The notes under the pieces: model-generated
Seen by the model: only the letters and a program-made list of their open reading frames with translations
Told to the model about the DNA's origin: nothing
Database searches by the model: none
In this document: positions 1 through 9,915 of the stretch, piece after piece
Layout: each line of letters opens with the position of its first letter
How positions within the stretch are numbered: the stretch's first letter is position 1
Assembly (NCBI GenBank): GCA_030666865.1
Contig: DAOUWZ010000003.1
Span: forward strand, 19,873 to 83,872
From: a bacterium
GTDB lineage: Bacteria > Patescibacteriota > Patescibacteriia > S139-126
Direction: 5' to 3'
DNA length: 64,000 nucleotides
Position numbers and translations under genes: made by a program

Positions 1-702
1 CCAGATATTATTATAGCTAATGCTGATAATGTCACTCATGGTAAAAGTATTAATAAAAAACATTTTGAATTTTTTAAAGATTTAGGAGTTGATATTTTTA
101 CTGCTGGTGACCATACTTTGGAAAGAAAAGAAACTTTGGAATTATTGGAAGATAAAAGTTTTTCAATATTGCGACCAGCTAATTTTTCTGGTAAAGAACC
201 AGGCGAAGGAGTAAGAGTATTTGAGATTAGCCAAAAAAAGTTGCTCGTGGTAAGTTTATTAGGAAGGGTATTTATTGATAAAGAGCTTAATTCGCCTTTT
301 GAAATAGTGGATAAAATATTAAATAAATATTCTTTGGAAGATTTTGATGCGATTTTTATTGATTTTCATGCTGAAGCTACTAGTGAAAAGTCAGCTCTAG
401 CTTGGTATGTTGACGGTCGGGTTTCAGCTATAGTAGGAACCCACACCCATGTACAGACAGCTGATGAAAGGATATTGCCAAAAGGTACAGCCGCTATTAC
501 TGATGTTGGATTTTGTGGAGCTAGTGACTCTGTTATCGGCTTGGATAAAGAAATGATTATTGAACATTTTTTAACAGATAAAGGATTTAAAATGAACATT
601 CCTGAATCAGGACCTGTCCAAGTTAATGCAGTTTTGATTGAAATTAATAATAAAAAAGCTAAAAAGATTATTAGACTAGCAAAACATATTAATATATTAT
701 AA
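1..702 (+). CDS. YmdB-like metallophosphoesterase (2',3'-cyclic-nucleotide phosphodiesterase family), 5'-partial. The frame is open from base 1.
   Basis: Frame 1 is open from the window edge (PDIIIANADNVTHGK...). Motifs GDHTLE, DFHAEATSEK and GTHTHVQTAD are typical of the YmdB/TIGR00282 calcineurin-like family. TAA stop at 700-702. Confidence 0.6.
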   Translation, partial: PDIIIANADNVTHGKSINKKHFEFFKDLGVDIFTAGDHTLERKETLELLEDKSFSILRPANFSGKEPGEGVRVFEISQKKLLVVSLLGRVFIDKELNSPFEIVDKILNKYSLEDFDAIFIDFHAEATSEKSALAWYVDGRVSAIVGTHTHVQTADERILPKGTAAITDVGFCGASDSVIGLDKEMIIEHFLTDKGFKMNIPESGPVQVNAVLIEINNKKAKKIIRLAKHINIL

Positions 703-728
703 TTTAATATTAGAATGGAGGTGAAAAT

Positions 729-1013
729 ATGAATAAAATTGAGTTAATTGAAAAATTGGCTAATAAAGCTGAAATTTCAAAAAAAGAGTCAGAACATTTT
801 TTGAATTCTTTTGTGGAACTTGTTACTGATACTTTAAAAGCAGGAGGTGAAGTAACCGTAACTGGTTTTGGAACTTTTATGGCTAAGTATCGCAGTGCCA
901 GACGAGGAGTTAATCCCCAAAAACCCTCGGAAACTATACAGATTCCAGCTGTTACTGTTCCAAAATTTAAAGCTGGTAAATCATTGAAAGACGCGTTGAA
1001 AGCAAAAGAATGA
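729..1013 (+). CDS. hup: HU/IHF-family nucleoid DNA-binding protein
   Basis: 94 aa. MNKIELIEKLA...GFGTF...RSARRGVNPQKP... is the canonical HU fold signature. GGAGGTG RBS lies 6 nt upstream. Confidence 0.85.
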   Translation: MNKIELIEKLANKAEISKKESEHFLNSFVELVTDTLKAGGEVTVTGFGTFMAKYRSARRGVNPQKPSETIQIPAVTVPKFKAGKSLKDALKAKE

Positions 1014-1132
1014 TTTCGTTTATAATTCATAAAGTTTATTCAGATGGGAAACGCAGCTGAAGGTTGTGTTTTTTTGCTTCTAAATATATAATATTATGGA
1101 AAATAATATTTTTATAATTAATTTATATAAGT

Positions 1133-1708
1133 ATGATTTCTTTTGAAAACACAATGAATATACCAAAGAGTAGTGATGATTCTCAGAAACAAGAAGAATT
1201 ATTAGAATGTGCCAAAGAAGCTACTAGTCTAGGCAGGTCCTTTATGGTAATTGATAATGATAGAAAATATAGAAAATTGGATAAGATATATAACTTAGAA
1301 CAGGAAAGAGAATTAATCACGGAGTTAATGCCTGATAAATTTGATAATGATAGTCCAGTTAATATTGAAGAAGTAAATAACGCCGAAGATAAAGCTTTGG
1401 GTTTAGCTATTGTTACCGCTAGTCAATTATTAAAACAAAAAGAAAAATCTATTAGTATTAATGAAAATTCTAGCTCACTAGTACAATTAATTAGACAGTT
1501 GGGAAAATCTTCTCAACTGTTAGAAAAGTTGAATAACACAAGGCCAGATGATGTAGAATTAATAATTAAGAAAATTTTATTAGCTAGAGGAATAAAAGAG
1601 GAAGCTGTAACTGAAAGACATATTGAAGAATTAAAAGATACAGTATTGCAAGCTAGAAAATTATTAATCCGTAAGGATAAAGCATTAAAAGGTTATCTCA
1701 GAAGATAG
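1133..1708 (+). CDS. hypothetical protein
   Basis: 191-aa ORF with no recognisable motifs. Coding-like composition. Confidence 0.4.
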   Translation: MISFENTMNIPKSSDDSQKQEELLECAKEATSLGRSFMVIDNDRKYRKLDKIYNLEQERELITELMPDKFDNDSPVNIEEVNNAEDKALGLAIVTASQLLKQKEKSISINENSSSLVQLIRQLGKSSQLLEKLNNTRPDDVELIIKKILLARGIKEEAVTERHIEELKDTVLQARKLLIRKDKALKGYLRR

Positions 1709-1745
1709 TTTGATAATTTGAATATTAGTTATTAGTATTTATTAC

Positions 1746-1806
1746 GCACCTGTAGCTCAACTGGATACCTGCCTGCCGGCAGGCAGGGAGCGCCTGGATG
1801 GCGCTA
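1746..1806 (+). pseudogene. Truncated tRNA-Arg copy (5' half only) interrupted by a 20-nt perfect palindrome
   Basis: GCACCTGTAGCTCAACTGGATA at 1746-1767 is identical to the acceptor and D-arm 5' part of the intact tRNA at 1853. The palindrome CCTGCCTGCCGGCAGGCAGG follows at 1768-1787, then GAGCGCCTGG, after which similarity is lost. No anticodon or T arm. Confidence 0.45.
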
Positions 1807-1852
1807 TACTTATATAGAATAATGACAGATAATAATTAAAATTAAATATTTT

Positions 1853-1929
1853 GCACCTGTAGCTCAACTGGATAGAGCGCCTGGCTTCGGACCAGGAGGT
1901 TGTGGGTTCGAGTCCTACCGGGTGCGCCA
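1853..1929 (+). tRNA. tRNA-Arg (anticodon TCG)
   Basis: Manual cloverleaf: acceptor GCACCTG/CGGGTGC, D stem GCTC/GAGC, anticodon stem CCTGG/CCAGG with loop CTTCGGA (anticodon TCG), T arm GTGGG-TTCGAGT-CCTAC. 3' CCA is encoded. Confidence 0.75.
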
Positions 1930-2063
1930 CCTAAGTTAGTATTAAGTATAAGGTATTTAGTATTAAGTATGTGAATATCGATAGGCTCAAAATCAGTTAC
2001 TAGTTATTTGTTATTAGTTATACCTGTCTGCCGATAGGCAGGAGCCATTAGTGGATTTATTCC

Positions 2064-2139
2064 GCCTCGTTAGCTCAGTTGGTAGAGCAGTTGGCTCTTA
2101 ACCAAACGGTCGTAGGTTCGAATCCTACACGAGGCACCA
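2064..2139 (+). tRNA. tRNA-Lys (anticodon CTT)
   Basis: Manual cloverleaf: acceptor GCCTCGT/ACGAGGC, D stem GCTC/GAGC, anticodon loop CTCTTAA (U33, CTT, A37), T arm GTAGG-TTCGAAT-CCTAC. CCA is encoded. 76 nt. Confidence 0.8.
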
Positions 2140-2328
2140 TTTAAAAAAGCTTTCCAAAAAAGGAATGCTTTTTTAAATGAGAGTATAATGTTTAAAGGAT
2201 TTGAACCTGCCTCGACTTGCCGTCTTAGCAAGAAGTGAGGCGGAAATTTTACACGAAGCATCATTCAATCAATCGCCTTTCAAACGATTTTTTGTTATAT
2301 TTAAAATATGATAATTAAGTAAATAAAT

Positions 2329-3582
2329 ATGAATAAAAAGTATTTAATACCAAGTATAGTTGTAGTAGTAACTATGCTTATAGGATTTTTTTATTACCTG
2401 TACAGCACATATCCAAATACTCCAGAAATTGTACTACAAGAAGAAGGTTATAAAGTTACTGCAATTATAAAATTCACTAAAGATGAAATACCGATTGAAA
2501 TATATAGAAACACTATACTAATCACCACTATTAAAAGTGCTGGCAGTCATTCTCTTGAATATATGTCACCTGGCAACCATGCTTATGAATTTCGATATGC
2601 TGCCAAGAATTTATTTGGTATAGAAAAAAATATAAATCAAATAAAGAAACTCACTATTAAAGAATTAACTAATAGTGAACTTCAGCAATACTTTGATTTT
2701 CCTGTTGTAAATATGACTACAGCAGATTATGGTATATATATAACTTATCCAGAATTAAAGCAATTTTCGAATTTTGTAATTTTTAGAAATAATCAAAGTG
2801 TTAAATCGTTTTCATTAGCAAATATAAAGGATGAATTAATTGAGTATATATCACCAGGTAAGTATGTTTATGAAATTCTATTTTATAGTGATGAGTTTAA
2901 AAATTTAGCAGGTTTATTGCGACAAGATTATGAGATTGAAGTAGAATCTATACCACCGATTATAGTTTCTATAAAACCCACACCTTTATATAAAGGTTAT
3001 TCATCAGAGATAACTGCCATAGTTGAAAATGCTTCGTCTTGCAGCGCAGAACTACTTTTGCATCCACCTAGTGGTTTTGAGAGATCTGAACCGACTGTAT
3101 TGAAAAGTTATGAATTTATCGTAGGTAATAAGCTTGATTATTTTTATCGTCATAATGAATCATGGTTGTGGGAAGAAATACTTTTTCCTAAGCCAACAGA
3201 CATAAATACTGCTAATTATAATATCGATCTTAAGCTTACTTGTTTTGATTATTATGATTCAATTAATACTGAAAAAATTGGCAGATTTTTAACCTCGGAA
3301 GATATTTCTCCGACTTCCATCTCTATATCGTATCATAATGGCCAATCAGGTAAGGTATACGGGGAAGTAACAAGTCAAACATGGACAGATTTAAATTGTA
3401 AGTTGTTAATAGGTGATCAGGAGAATTATACTTTAGATGAGAAAAGTTTTTTACTTCAAGGTCGTCATACTTATGAATTTAATATCGATAGTTATAATAG
3501 AAATTTGTTATATATAACTGCAATTTGTAAGGATAGTGGTGGTCATGGAGTTACAAAAATTAGTACATATCAGGCAGAATGA
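2329..3582 (+). CDS. hypothetical membrane-anchored protein (N-terminal TM helix)
   Basis: 417-aa ORF. N-terminal hydrophobic segment IPSIVVVVTMLIGFFYYLY. No known motif. Confidence 0.45.
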   Translation: MNKKYLIPSIVVVVTMLIGFFYYLYSTYPNTPEIVLQEEGYKVTAIIKFTKDEIPIEIYRNTILITTIKSAGSHSLEYMSPGNHAYEFRYAAKNLFGIEKNINQIKKLTIKELTNSELQQYFDFPVVNMTTADYGIYITYPELKQFSNFVIFRNNQSVKSFSLANIKDELIEYISPGKYVYEILFYSDEFKNLAGLLRQDYEIEVESIPPIIVSIKPTPLYKGYSSEITAIVENASSCSAELLLHPPSGFERSEPTVLKSYEFIVGNKLDYFYRHNESWLWEEILFPKPTDINTANYNIDLKLTCFDYYDSINTEKIGRFLTSEDISPTSISISYHNGQSGKVYGEVTSQTWTDLNCKLLIGDQENYTLDEKSFLLQGRHTYEFNIDSYNRNLLYITAICKDSGGHGVTKISTYQAE

Positions 3583-3617
3583 AAAAAGACCCTTTATATT
3601 TTTTCGAAATTAAAGGG

Positions 3618-4130
3618 TCAAAACCTTCTATTAATAGATTTGGGCAGGATATCTACTGTATCAAGAATGTATTTGATAATTTTTTTCTGGTCATTTAGAT
3701 GGAACTGGCCAATGCATTTTTTTCCTGCTAAGAATTTAGGCAGAGTATATTCATCATTTGCCCACATTTGTTGATAGGGAATAGCATCTATACCGTGCCA
3801 CTTTGGGAGCATCTCCAGGGTTTCTTTTTTTAATACTCCTGCGGAGTCTGTTACCAAAAAGAAATGTAGTTCAATTTCGACAGGTTTGGATTCATAAGTA
3901 ACCAAAATCATTCCACATTTTTCTTGAGTAAGTATTTCAAGACCGCTTTCTTCTTCTGTTTCTCTGACAGATGTTTGTTCTAGAATTTCACCTAGTTCTA
4001 TATTTCCGCCAAAGCCATTCCAATAATTTTCACCTACCCAAATATTTTTATTTGGTTTGGGTTTTTTAAGGCCGAGTAGTATTTTATCATTACGAACAAT
4101 ATAGCTGACAGTCATGACTTTTCTGGTCAT
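3618..4130 (-). CDS. NUDIX hydrolase (MutT-like)
   Basis: Nudix box GGNIELGEILEQTSVRETEEESGL matches GX5EX7REUXEEXGU. Confidence 0.7.
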   Translation of the reverse strand: MTRKVMTVSYIVRNDKILLGLKKPKPNKNIWVGENYWNGFGGNIELGEILEQTSVRETEEESGLEILTQEKCGMILVTYESKPVEIELHFFLVTDSAGVLKKETLEMLPKWHGIDAIPYQQMWANDEYTLPKFLAGKKCIGQFHLNDQKKIIKYILDTVDILPKSINRRF

Positions 4131-4261
4131 TGGTCACACCTCCTTTAAGCAATTTTAAATAACGAGTTGATTATATATTATACAATTATTATTTTATGTC
4201 AATCAGAGAATCAAAAAAATCTTCCCGATATTACATCGGGAAGATTTTTTGTTATCTAAAT

Positions 4262-5326
4262 TTATTTTAATCCATCAGGATTCAGCATGTATTGTTTTGC
4301 TAATTCTTTATCAATCAAACCTTCATTGAAAAGTCTTTTTAAGTCGCTATCCATAGTCACCATACCTTCCTTACCAGAAGTTTGAATAATGGTTTTTATT
4401 TGCGGGATTTTGTTTTCACGAATTAAATTTGAAATAGCTGGATTGTTGAGTAGTACTTCTCTGGCTACTGTCAAATCCCCATCTTTTTTTGGTAATAACC
4501 TTTGAGAGATGATACCTTTTAGAGTTATAGAAAGTTGCATCCTGATTTGTGGTTGCTGATATGGCGGGAATACATCAATAATACGATCAATAGTTTGCGC
4601 TGCATTAAGCGTATGTAGTGTAGCAAAAACCAAGTGACCAGTTTCAGCCATAGTTATGGCAGCGCTAATAGTTTCTAAATCACGCATTTCACCAATGAGA
4701 ATTACATCAGGGTCTTGCCTTAAGACATGTTTCAATCCAGAACCAAAAGTGAGCATGTCTGCGCCTAATTGTCTTTGTTTGATGATTGATTTTTTTGGTT
4801 TATAGATGAATTCAATTGGATCTTCCAAAGTGACTATATTTACATTACGTTCTGAATTGATCAAATCTATCATTGCTGCCAGAGAAGTTGATTTACCGCA
4901 ACCAGTCGGACCAGTTACTAGAACAAAGCCTTGCTTGTATCTAGTCATATTATAAATAATTTCGGGCATATCAACATCTTTCATAGAAGGAACTTTGCTA
5001 GGAATTATTCTAGCTACCAAACCTATGTTATTTTTTTCATAAAATAGATTGACTCTCATTCTAGTACCATCGTCTAATTCATGTGAAATATCTAATTCTT
5101 TTTCTTTTAAGAAAGTTTCAAAATATTTCGGATTGATTCCATCTAGAACTATTTTTCTGATTGAATCAGAGGATAATACAGGATGGTCGCTTAGTTCTTT
5201 AAGATTGGTATTGATTCTCAAGATAGGCGGTTTGCCAGTATATAAATGAATATCTGAAGCTTTTTTATCAACAGCAATCTGAAATAAATTTTCCAAAGTT
5301 ATATTTTTTGTGGTTAAAGTTGGCAT
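4262..5326 (-). CDS. pilT: Type IV pilus twitching-motility ATPase PilT
   Basis: Walker A GPTGCGKST. PilT/PilU-like N-terminal DIHL and C-terminal regions. 354 aa is typical. Confidence 0.85.
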   Translation of the reverse strand: MPTLTTKNITLENLFQIAVDKKASDIHLYTGKPPILRINTNLKELSDHPVLSSDSIRKIVLDGINPKYFETFLKEKELDISHELDDGTRMRVNLFYEKNNIGLVARIIPSKVPSMKDVDMPEIIYNMTRYKQGFVLVTGPTGCGKSTSLAAMIDLINSERNVNIVTLEDPIEFIYKPKKSIIKQRQLGADMLTFGSGLKHVLRQDPDVILIGEMRDLETISAAITMAETGHLVFATLHTLNAAQTIDRIIDVFPPYQQPQIRMQLSITLKGIISQRLLPKKDGDLTVAREVLLNNPAISNLIRENKIPQIKTIIQTSGKEGMVTMDSDLKRLFNEGLIDKELAKQYMLNPDGLK

Positions 5327-5390
5327 AGATTTGTAAATATTAATTCAATTTTATTTTATCATATATTGAGATGGTTACAAAATTTATTTA

Positions 5391-7415
5391 TTACACTTCG
5401 GGAAGATATTCAATAGTATCTTCTGAAACAGAATCATTTTCTAGCTGCCATTCAGAGTAGAGATTACCATCTAATTCCTGTAGAAATTCTGACGGTTTAC
5501 TGAAAATAAATCCATAAGTTTGACTATAATTGATTAGAGGATAAGTTAAATACAAAAATTTTTTGGCTCTAGTGCAGGCAACATAAAATAGTCTCCGCTC
5601 TTCTTCAATTTCTTTTTCAAATTCTATAGATTTAGCATGAGGAAATTGTCCGCTAGTTAGATTGATCACAAAGACAGTTTTCCATTCTAAACCTTTGGCT
5701 TGATGGATTGTTGATAGAATTAGATAATCTTCAGGATTTGCAGCTGTCGGGGTTACTCTTTCTGCTTGAAAATCTTCTGTTAGGGTTGTATCTGATAAGA
5801 ATTTTTTTAAAGAATCGTAGTTGTGAGTAAAATTTATTAGTTGTTCAATATCTTCAAGACGTTTTGGTGAATTTTCAAAATTTAGATTGACAAAATTAAT
5901 ATAGAATTGTTTTAAGACTATATCCAGTAAAGCACCAATATTATTTTTATCGGTCTCCTCCAGAGGTATTAAAATTTTTAGAAGTTCTTGCCAGGATTTT
6001 TTCAAGCTCGCGGGGAATTGATTTTTGATGGTGATAATTTTATTCAACTCAAGATTTTTGATAGCAGAGATTATTTTTTGTGAACCAATACGACCGATTC
6101 CTTTTTGTAAATTGAGAATTCTGGTCCAAGCAATTTCATCTTTCGGATTATAAATAATTTTTAAGAATGAAATTACATCTTTGAGATGAGCTTGTTCAAA
6201 AAATTTAATTCCTCCGCGCTTAATATAAGGAATAGATTTTTTATTCAATTCAAGTTCAAGTTCTAAAGCATGAAAGTCTGCTCGAAAAAGTACGGCGATA
6301 TCTTTCAAGTCGTATCTTTCTTTAGTTAATTCAATTATTTTTTGACTAATAAATTCAGCTTGCTGTTCGTTATTTTGAGTTGGTATTAAAATAGGTTTTT
6401 CACCCGAATCAATGACAGATGATAGTTTTTTGGGGAATTGATTTATATTATTTTTAATTGAATTATTAGCCAATTCCAAGATTTCCGGGGTGGAGCGGTA
6501 ATTTGTTTTCAGTTTAAATATTTGGGTATCAGTGAATTTTTTTGGGAATGTTAAAATATTTGAAATATCAGCAGCTCTGAATGAATAAATGCTTTGAGCA
6601 TCATCACCAACAACTAAAATATTTTTATGCGTGGTGGCTAGATATTCAACAATATTGGCTTGAATATGATTAGTGTCTTGGTATTCATCTACTAAAATGT
6701 ATTGGAATTTATTGGATAGATATTTTTTGACATCAGGAAACTTTTTCAAAAGTTTTAGCCACAAAAACAGCAGGTCGTCATAATCAAGCAGATCAGCTTC
6801 TTTTTTTCTGTTTTTATATATGTTGTTGATATTTTTAATAGGTTCAATTAATTCGGTATCAAGATAAGAGAATTTTTCAGTGAAAACCGTTTCAATATTT
6901 TTTCCTGAGTTAATAGAAAAGCTGATAATATTTTTTATAACATTTGCTTTGGGAAAATTTTTATATCCCTTTTTATTCCTAATTATTTCTTTTAAAAGAT
7001 TTTTAGCGTCTTCATTGTCTATAATTGAGTAGTTAGAATTATAACTTAAGTGTTTAATATATTGTCTGAGGATCCGATTGCCAATATGATGAAAAGTGCC
7101 TGCCCAAAGTCCTTTGGGTTTAAAACCTAATAATTTTTCTGTACGCCAAATCATCTCGCGGGCTGCCTTGTTGGTAAAAGTCATCAAAAGAATATTTTTT
7201 GGTTTAACACCTTGTTCAAGCAAATAAGCCAAGCGATAAACCAGTGTTCTGGTTTTTCCGCTACCAGCACCAGCTAGCACCAAACAAGGACCCTCGGCAT
7301 TTTTTATGACCTTGTACTGTTCATCGTTTAGTTCGCCAGCATAATCAATTTTGAAATTAATTTTTGGTTTATCGGATTTTAATTTGTATATTTTTTTTGA
7401 CATAGATGTTATCAA
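5391..7415 (-). CDS. UvrD/PcrA/Rep-family SF1 ATP-dependent DNA helicase
   Basis: Walker A GAGSGKT. Motifs II DEYQDTN and LTNYRS. 674 aa. Confidence 0.85.
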   Translation of the reverse strand: MITSMSKKIYKLKSDKPKINFKIDYAGELNDEQYKVIKNAEGPCLVLAGAGSGKTRTLVYRLAYLLEQGVKPKNILLMTFTNKAAREMIWRTEKLLGFKPKGLWAGTFHHIGNRILRQYIKHLSYNSNYSIIDNEDAKNLLKEIIRNKKGYKNFPKANVIKNIISFSINSGKNIETVFTEKFSYLDTELIEPIKNINNIYKNRKKEADLLDYDDLLFLWLKLLKKFPDVKKYLSNKFQYILVDEYQDTNHIQANIVEYLATTHKNILVVGDDAQSIYSFRAADISNILTFPKKFTDTQIFKLKTNYRSTPEILELANNSIKNNINQFPKKLSSVIDSGEKPILIPTQNNEQQAEFISQKIIELTKERYDLKDIAVLFRADFHALELELELNKKSIPYIKRGGIKFFEQAHLKDVISFLKIIYNPKDEIAWTRILNLQKGIGRIGSQKIISAIKNLELNKIITIKNQFPASLKKSWQELLKILIPLEETDKNNIGALLDIVLKQFYINFVNLNFENSPKRLEDIEQLINFTHNYDSLKKFLSDTTLTEDFQAERVTPTAANPEDYLILSTIHQAKGLEWKTVFVINLTSGQFPHAKSIEFEKEIEEERRLFYVACTRAKKFLYLTYPLINYSQTYGFIFSKPSEFLQELDGNLYSEWQLENDSVSEDTIEYLPEV

Positions 7416-7452
7416 GTATAAAGTATCAAGTATAAAGTATCAAGTATACAGG
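7411..7452. repeat. Tandem 14-nt repeat (ATCAAGTATAAAGT, about 3 copies) immediately upstream of the helicase start codon
   Basis: Direct reading. Copies at 7411-7424 and 7425-7438, then a degenerate copy at 7439-7452. Confidence 0.8.
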
Positions 7453-7536
7453 TGTCGTATTTTAACTGATTTTGTCAATGACAAAATTAGTTGATTTTGT
7501 TATTATATAATTACTTAATTTTTAATTATAATATAA

Positions 7537-8865
7537 ATGTTAGATGAAAAGATTTTTAAAGCCTATGATATCAGAGGAGTTTATCCTGAGCAATTAAATG
7601 AAGAAACGGCTTATTTGATTGGTAGGGCGTTTGCTAGGAAAAGTAAAGTTAAAGAGATTGTAATTGGTCGAGATATGCGTAATGCCAGTCCAGTAATTAC
7701 TACTGCTACTATCAAAGGTATTACTGATGAAGGAATCAATGTTGTTGATATTGGCTTGGTAGCAATTGATACAGTTTATGCTGCAGTAGGTATTTTTGGC
7801 TATGAAGCCGGAATGATGATTACTGCTTCTCATAATCCACCAGAATATATTGGTTATAAAATGGTATTGAAGAATATGAAATGGGTTCGTGGAGTTGAGT
7901 TGAAAGATGATGTTTTAAATTTGCCTGAATTAGAAAAAAAAATTAAAGGTGTGGTTAAAGAAAAAGACTTGATGCCTAAATATATTAAACATATTTTATC
8001 TTTTGTTGACTTAAAGAAAATTAAACCTTTTAAAGTAGTGGTAGACGCTGGGAATGGCATGGCTGGGAAAATTATTCCTTTACTGGCTCCACATTTGCCA
8101 ATTGAAATTATTCCTTTGAATTTTGAACTTGATGGTAATTTTCCCGCTCACCCCTCTAATCCGCTTTTACCAGAGAGTCAAAAACAAATCACTGAAGCGG
8201 TAGTCAAGGAACAGGCTGATTTTGGTGTGATATTTGACGGTGATACAGATCGTTTATTTTTTGTTGATGAATTAGGTCGATTTGTCAGGGCAGATATCAC
8301 TCTATTATTGTTAGCTAAAATGTTTTTAGAGCGCGAGCCAGGCGCTAGCATTGTTTATAATGCGATATGTTCAAAAATAGTGCCAGAAATGGTAAAAAAA
8401 TGGGGAGGTGTTCCAGTCAGATCAGAGGTTGGTTTTGTGAATATTTCCAATAATTTACGAAAAACTAATGGGATTGTCGGAGGTGAACTGGCGGCTCATT
8501 ATTCATTTAGAGATAATGCTTATTCTGATTCAGGATTTATTGCTTTATTGATTTTATTGGAATTGTTATCAACTGATGATAGAAAATTATCTGAAATTAT
8601 TGAGCCGTTTTATAAATATGCTAAACATCCAGAGAATAATATTGAGGTGGATGACATTGATAGTAAATTAGAAAAAATAAAGCAGTTTTTTTCTGATGGC
8701 AAGCAAGATTATTTAGATGGTGTTACAGTTGAATATCAGGATTGGTGGTTTAATGTCAGACCATCAAATACCGAGCCATTATTACGTATAACTGTGGAAG
8801 CCGACAATGAAGAGCTATTGAAAGAAAAGATGGAAGAGGTCTTGCAGGTTATACAAGGGAAATAA
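7537..8865 (+). CDS. Phosphomannomutase/phosphoglucomutase (alpha-D-phosphohexomutase)
   Basis: Active-site loop TASHNP, metal-binding FDGDTDR, sugar-binding GGELAAH. Confidence 0.8.
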   Translation: MLDEKIFKAYDIRGVYPEQLNEETAYLIGRAFARKSKVKEIVIGRDMRNASPVITTATIKGITDEGINVVDIGLVAIDTVYAAVGIFGYEAGMMITASHNPPEYIGYKMVLKNMKWVRGVELKDDVLNLPELEKKIKGVVKEKDLMPKYIKHILSFVDLKKIKPFKVVVDAGNGMAGKIIPLLAPHLPIEIIPLNFELDGNFPAHPSNPLLPESQKQITEAVVKEQADFGVIFDGDTDRLFFVDELGRFVRADITLLLLAKMFLEREPGASIVYNAICSKIVPEMVKKWGGVPVRSEVGFVNISNNLRKTNGIVGGELAAHYSFRDNAYSDSGFIALLILLELLSTDDRKLSEIIEPFYKYAKHPENNIEVDDIDSKLEKIKQFFSDGKQDYLDGVTVEYQDWWFNVRPSNTEPLLRITVEADNEELLKEKMEEVLQVIQGK

Positions 8866-8922
8866 CCAATATTTAATTTTAATTAATTTAATTTTTTATT
8901 CTAAATTCTAGACTCTAATAAT

Positions 8923-9795
8923 ATGATTGGAATTTTTGATTCAGGTATAGGAGGTTTAACAGTCGCCAAAGCTATAAAAAAAGTTTTGCCTAGTTATGAT
9001 TTAGTTTATTTTGGCGATACCGCCAGAGTTCCTTATGGAAATAAATCTGATGATTTGATAAAACAGTATGCTTTGGAAGATGCTAAATTTTTAATTAGCA
9101 AAGGCGCTAAGATAATTATTGTGGCTTGCAATACTGCTTCGTCTGTAGCGCTTGATTATTTAAGGTCAAATTTTGACATTCCCATTTTTGGAGTGATTGA
9201 GCCAGCGGTCAGAGGAGCATTAGAAGCGACTGTTAATGGCAATATTGGCGTGATTGGCACAAGAGCTACTATTAATTCGAAAGTTTTTGAAAAGTTATTG
9301 AAAAATTTTGATTTGTTGAAACAAAATAAAAAAATAGATAAGAATGTTAATGTTCCGGCGTTTATGAGAAAACAAGGGATAAGCCCGGTAAAAGATAAAA
9401 TGAAAATAAATATTTTTAGTCAGTCAGCTCCTTTGTTGGTTCCGTTGACTGAAGAGGGTCATCTCAATCGTCCAGAAACCATTAAAATAATCAAATATTA
9501 TATTTCCCCACTAAAAATGAAGCAGATTGATACGTTGATATTGGGCTGTACTCATTATCCTTTATTGAAAGATTTGATTCAAACAAAAATGAAAAATACG
9601 ACTTTGATTGATTCGGCTGTATATATTGCAGAGGATTTGAGAAAATATTTATCAGCCAATATTGATATTGATAGAAGTTTATCAAAAAGAAAATGTGAGA
9701 ATTATTATGTTTCTGATCTTACACTTCACACACAGAACATCGTTCAAAAGTTTTTAGGCAAGAAGATTAATTTGGAGTACGTCAAATTAAATTAA
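8923..9795 (+). CDS. murI: Glutamate racemase
   Basis: IGIFDSGIGGLTV, VACNTAS and GCTHYP motifs. Confidence 0.85.
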   Translation: MIGIFDSGIGGLTVAKAIKKVLPSYDLVYFGDTARVPYGNKSDDLIKQYALEDAKFLISKGAKIIIVACNTASSVALDYLRSNFDIPIFGVIEPAVRGALEATVNGNIGVIGTRATINSKVFEKLLKNFDLLKQNKKIDKNVNVPAFMRKQGISPVKDKMKINIFSQSAPLLVPLTEEGHLNRPETIKIIKYYISPLKMKQIDTLILGCTHYPLLKDLIQTKMKNTTLIDSAVYIAEDLRKYLSANIDIDRSLSKRKCENYYVSDLTLHTQNIVQKFLGKKINLEYVKLN

Positions 9796-9915
9796 ATTTT
9801 TAAATATTTATTTTTTGTTCAAATTTAGTGCTCAAGCGCTTTTTATTTTGCTTATTTTTGTGTTATAGTAGTATGGTGAATAATTATAGGATAGGTCTAA
9901 AATCCCCAAATACTT

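Noticed and set aside
366-1030. Minus-strand track ORFs 366..599 and 710..1030 overlapping the YmdB-like and HU genes
   Set aside because: They are fully antisense to well-supported conserved genes and have low-complexity translations. Typical shadow ORFs in AT-rich DNA.
2070-2264. Track ORF 2070..2264 (-), and a possible minus-strand tRNA suggested by a GGTTCAAATCC T-loop-like motif near 2200-2215
   Set aside because: The ORF is antisense to tRNA-Lys. The T-loop-like motif lacks a complementary T stem (GCAGG versus CCTTT) and acceptor stem, so no cloverleaf can be built. It is kept only as a remnant note in the findings.
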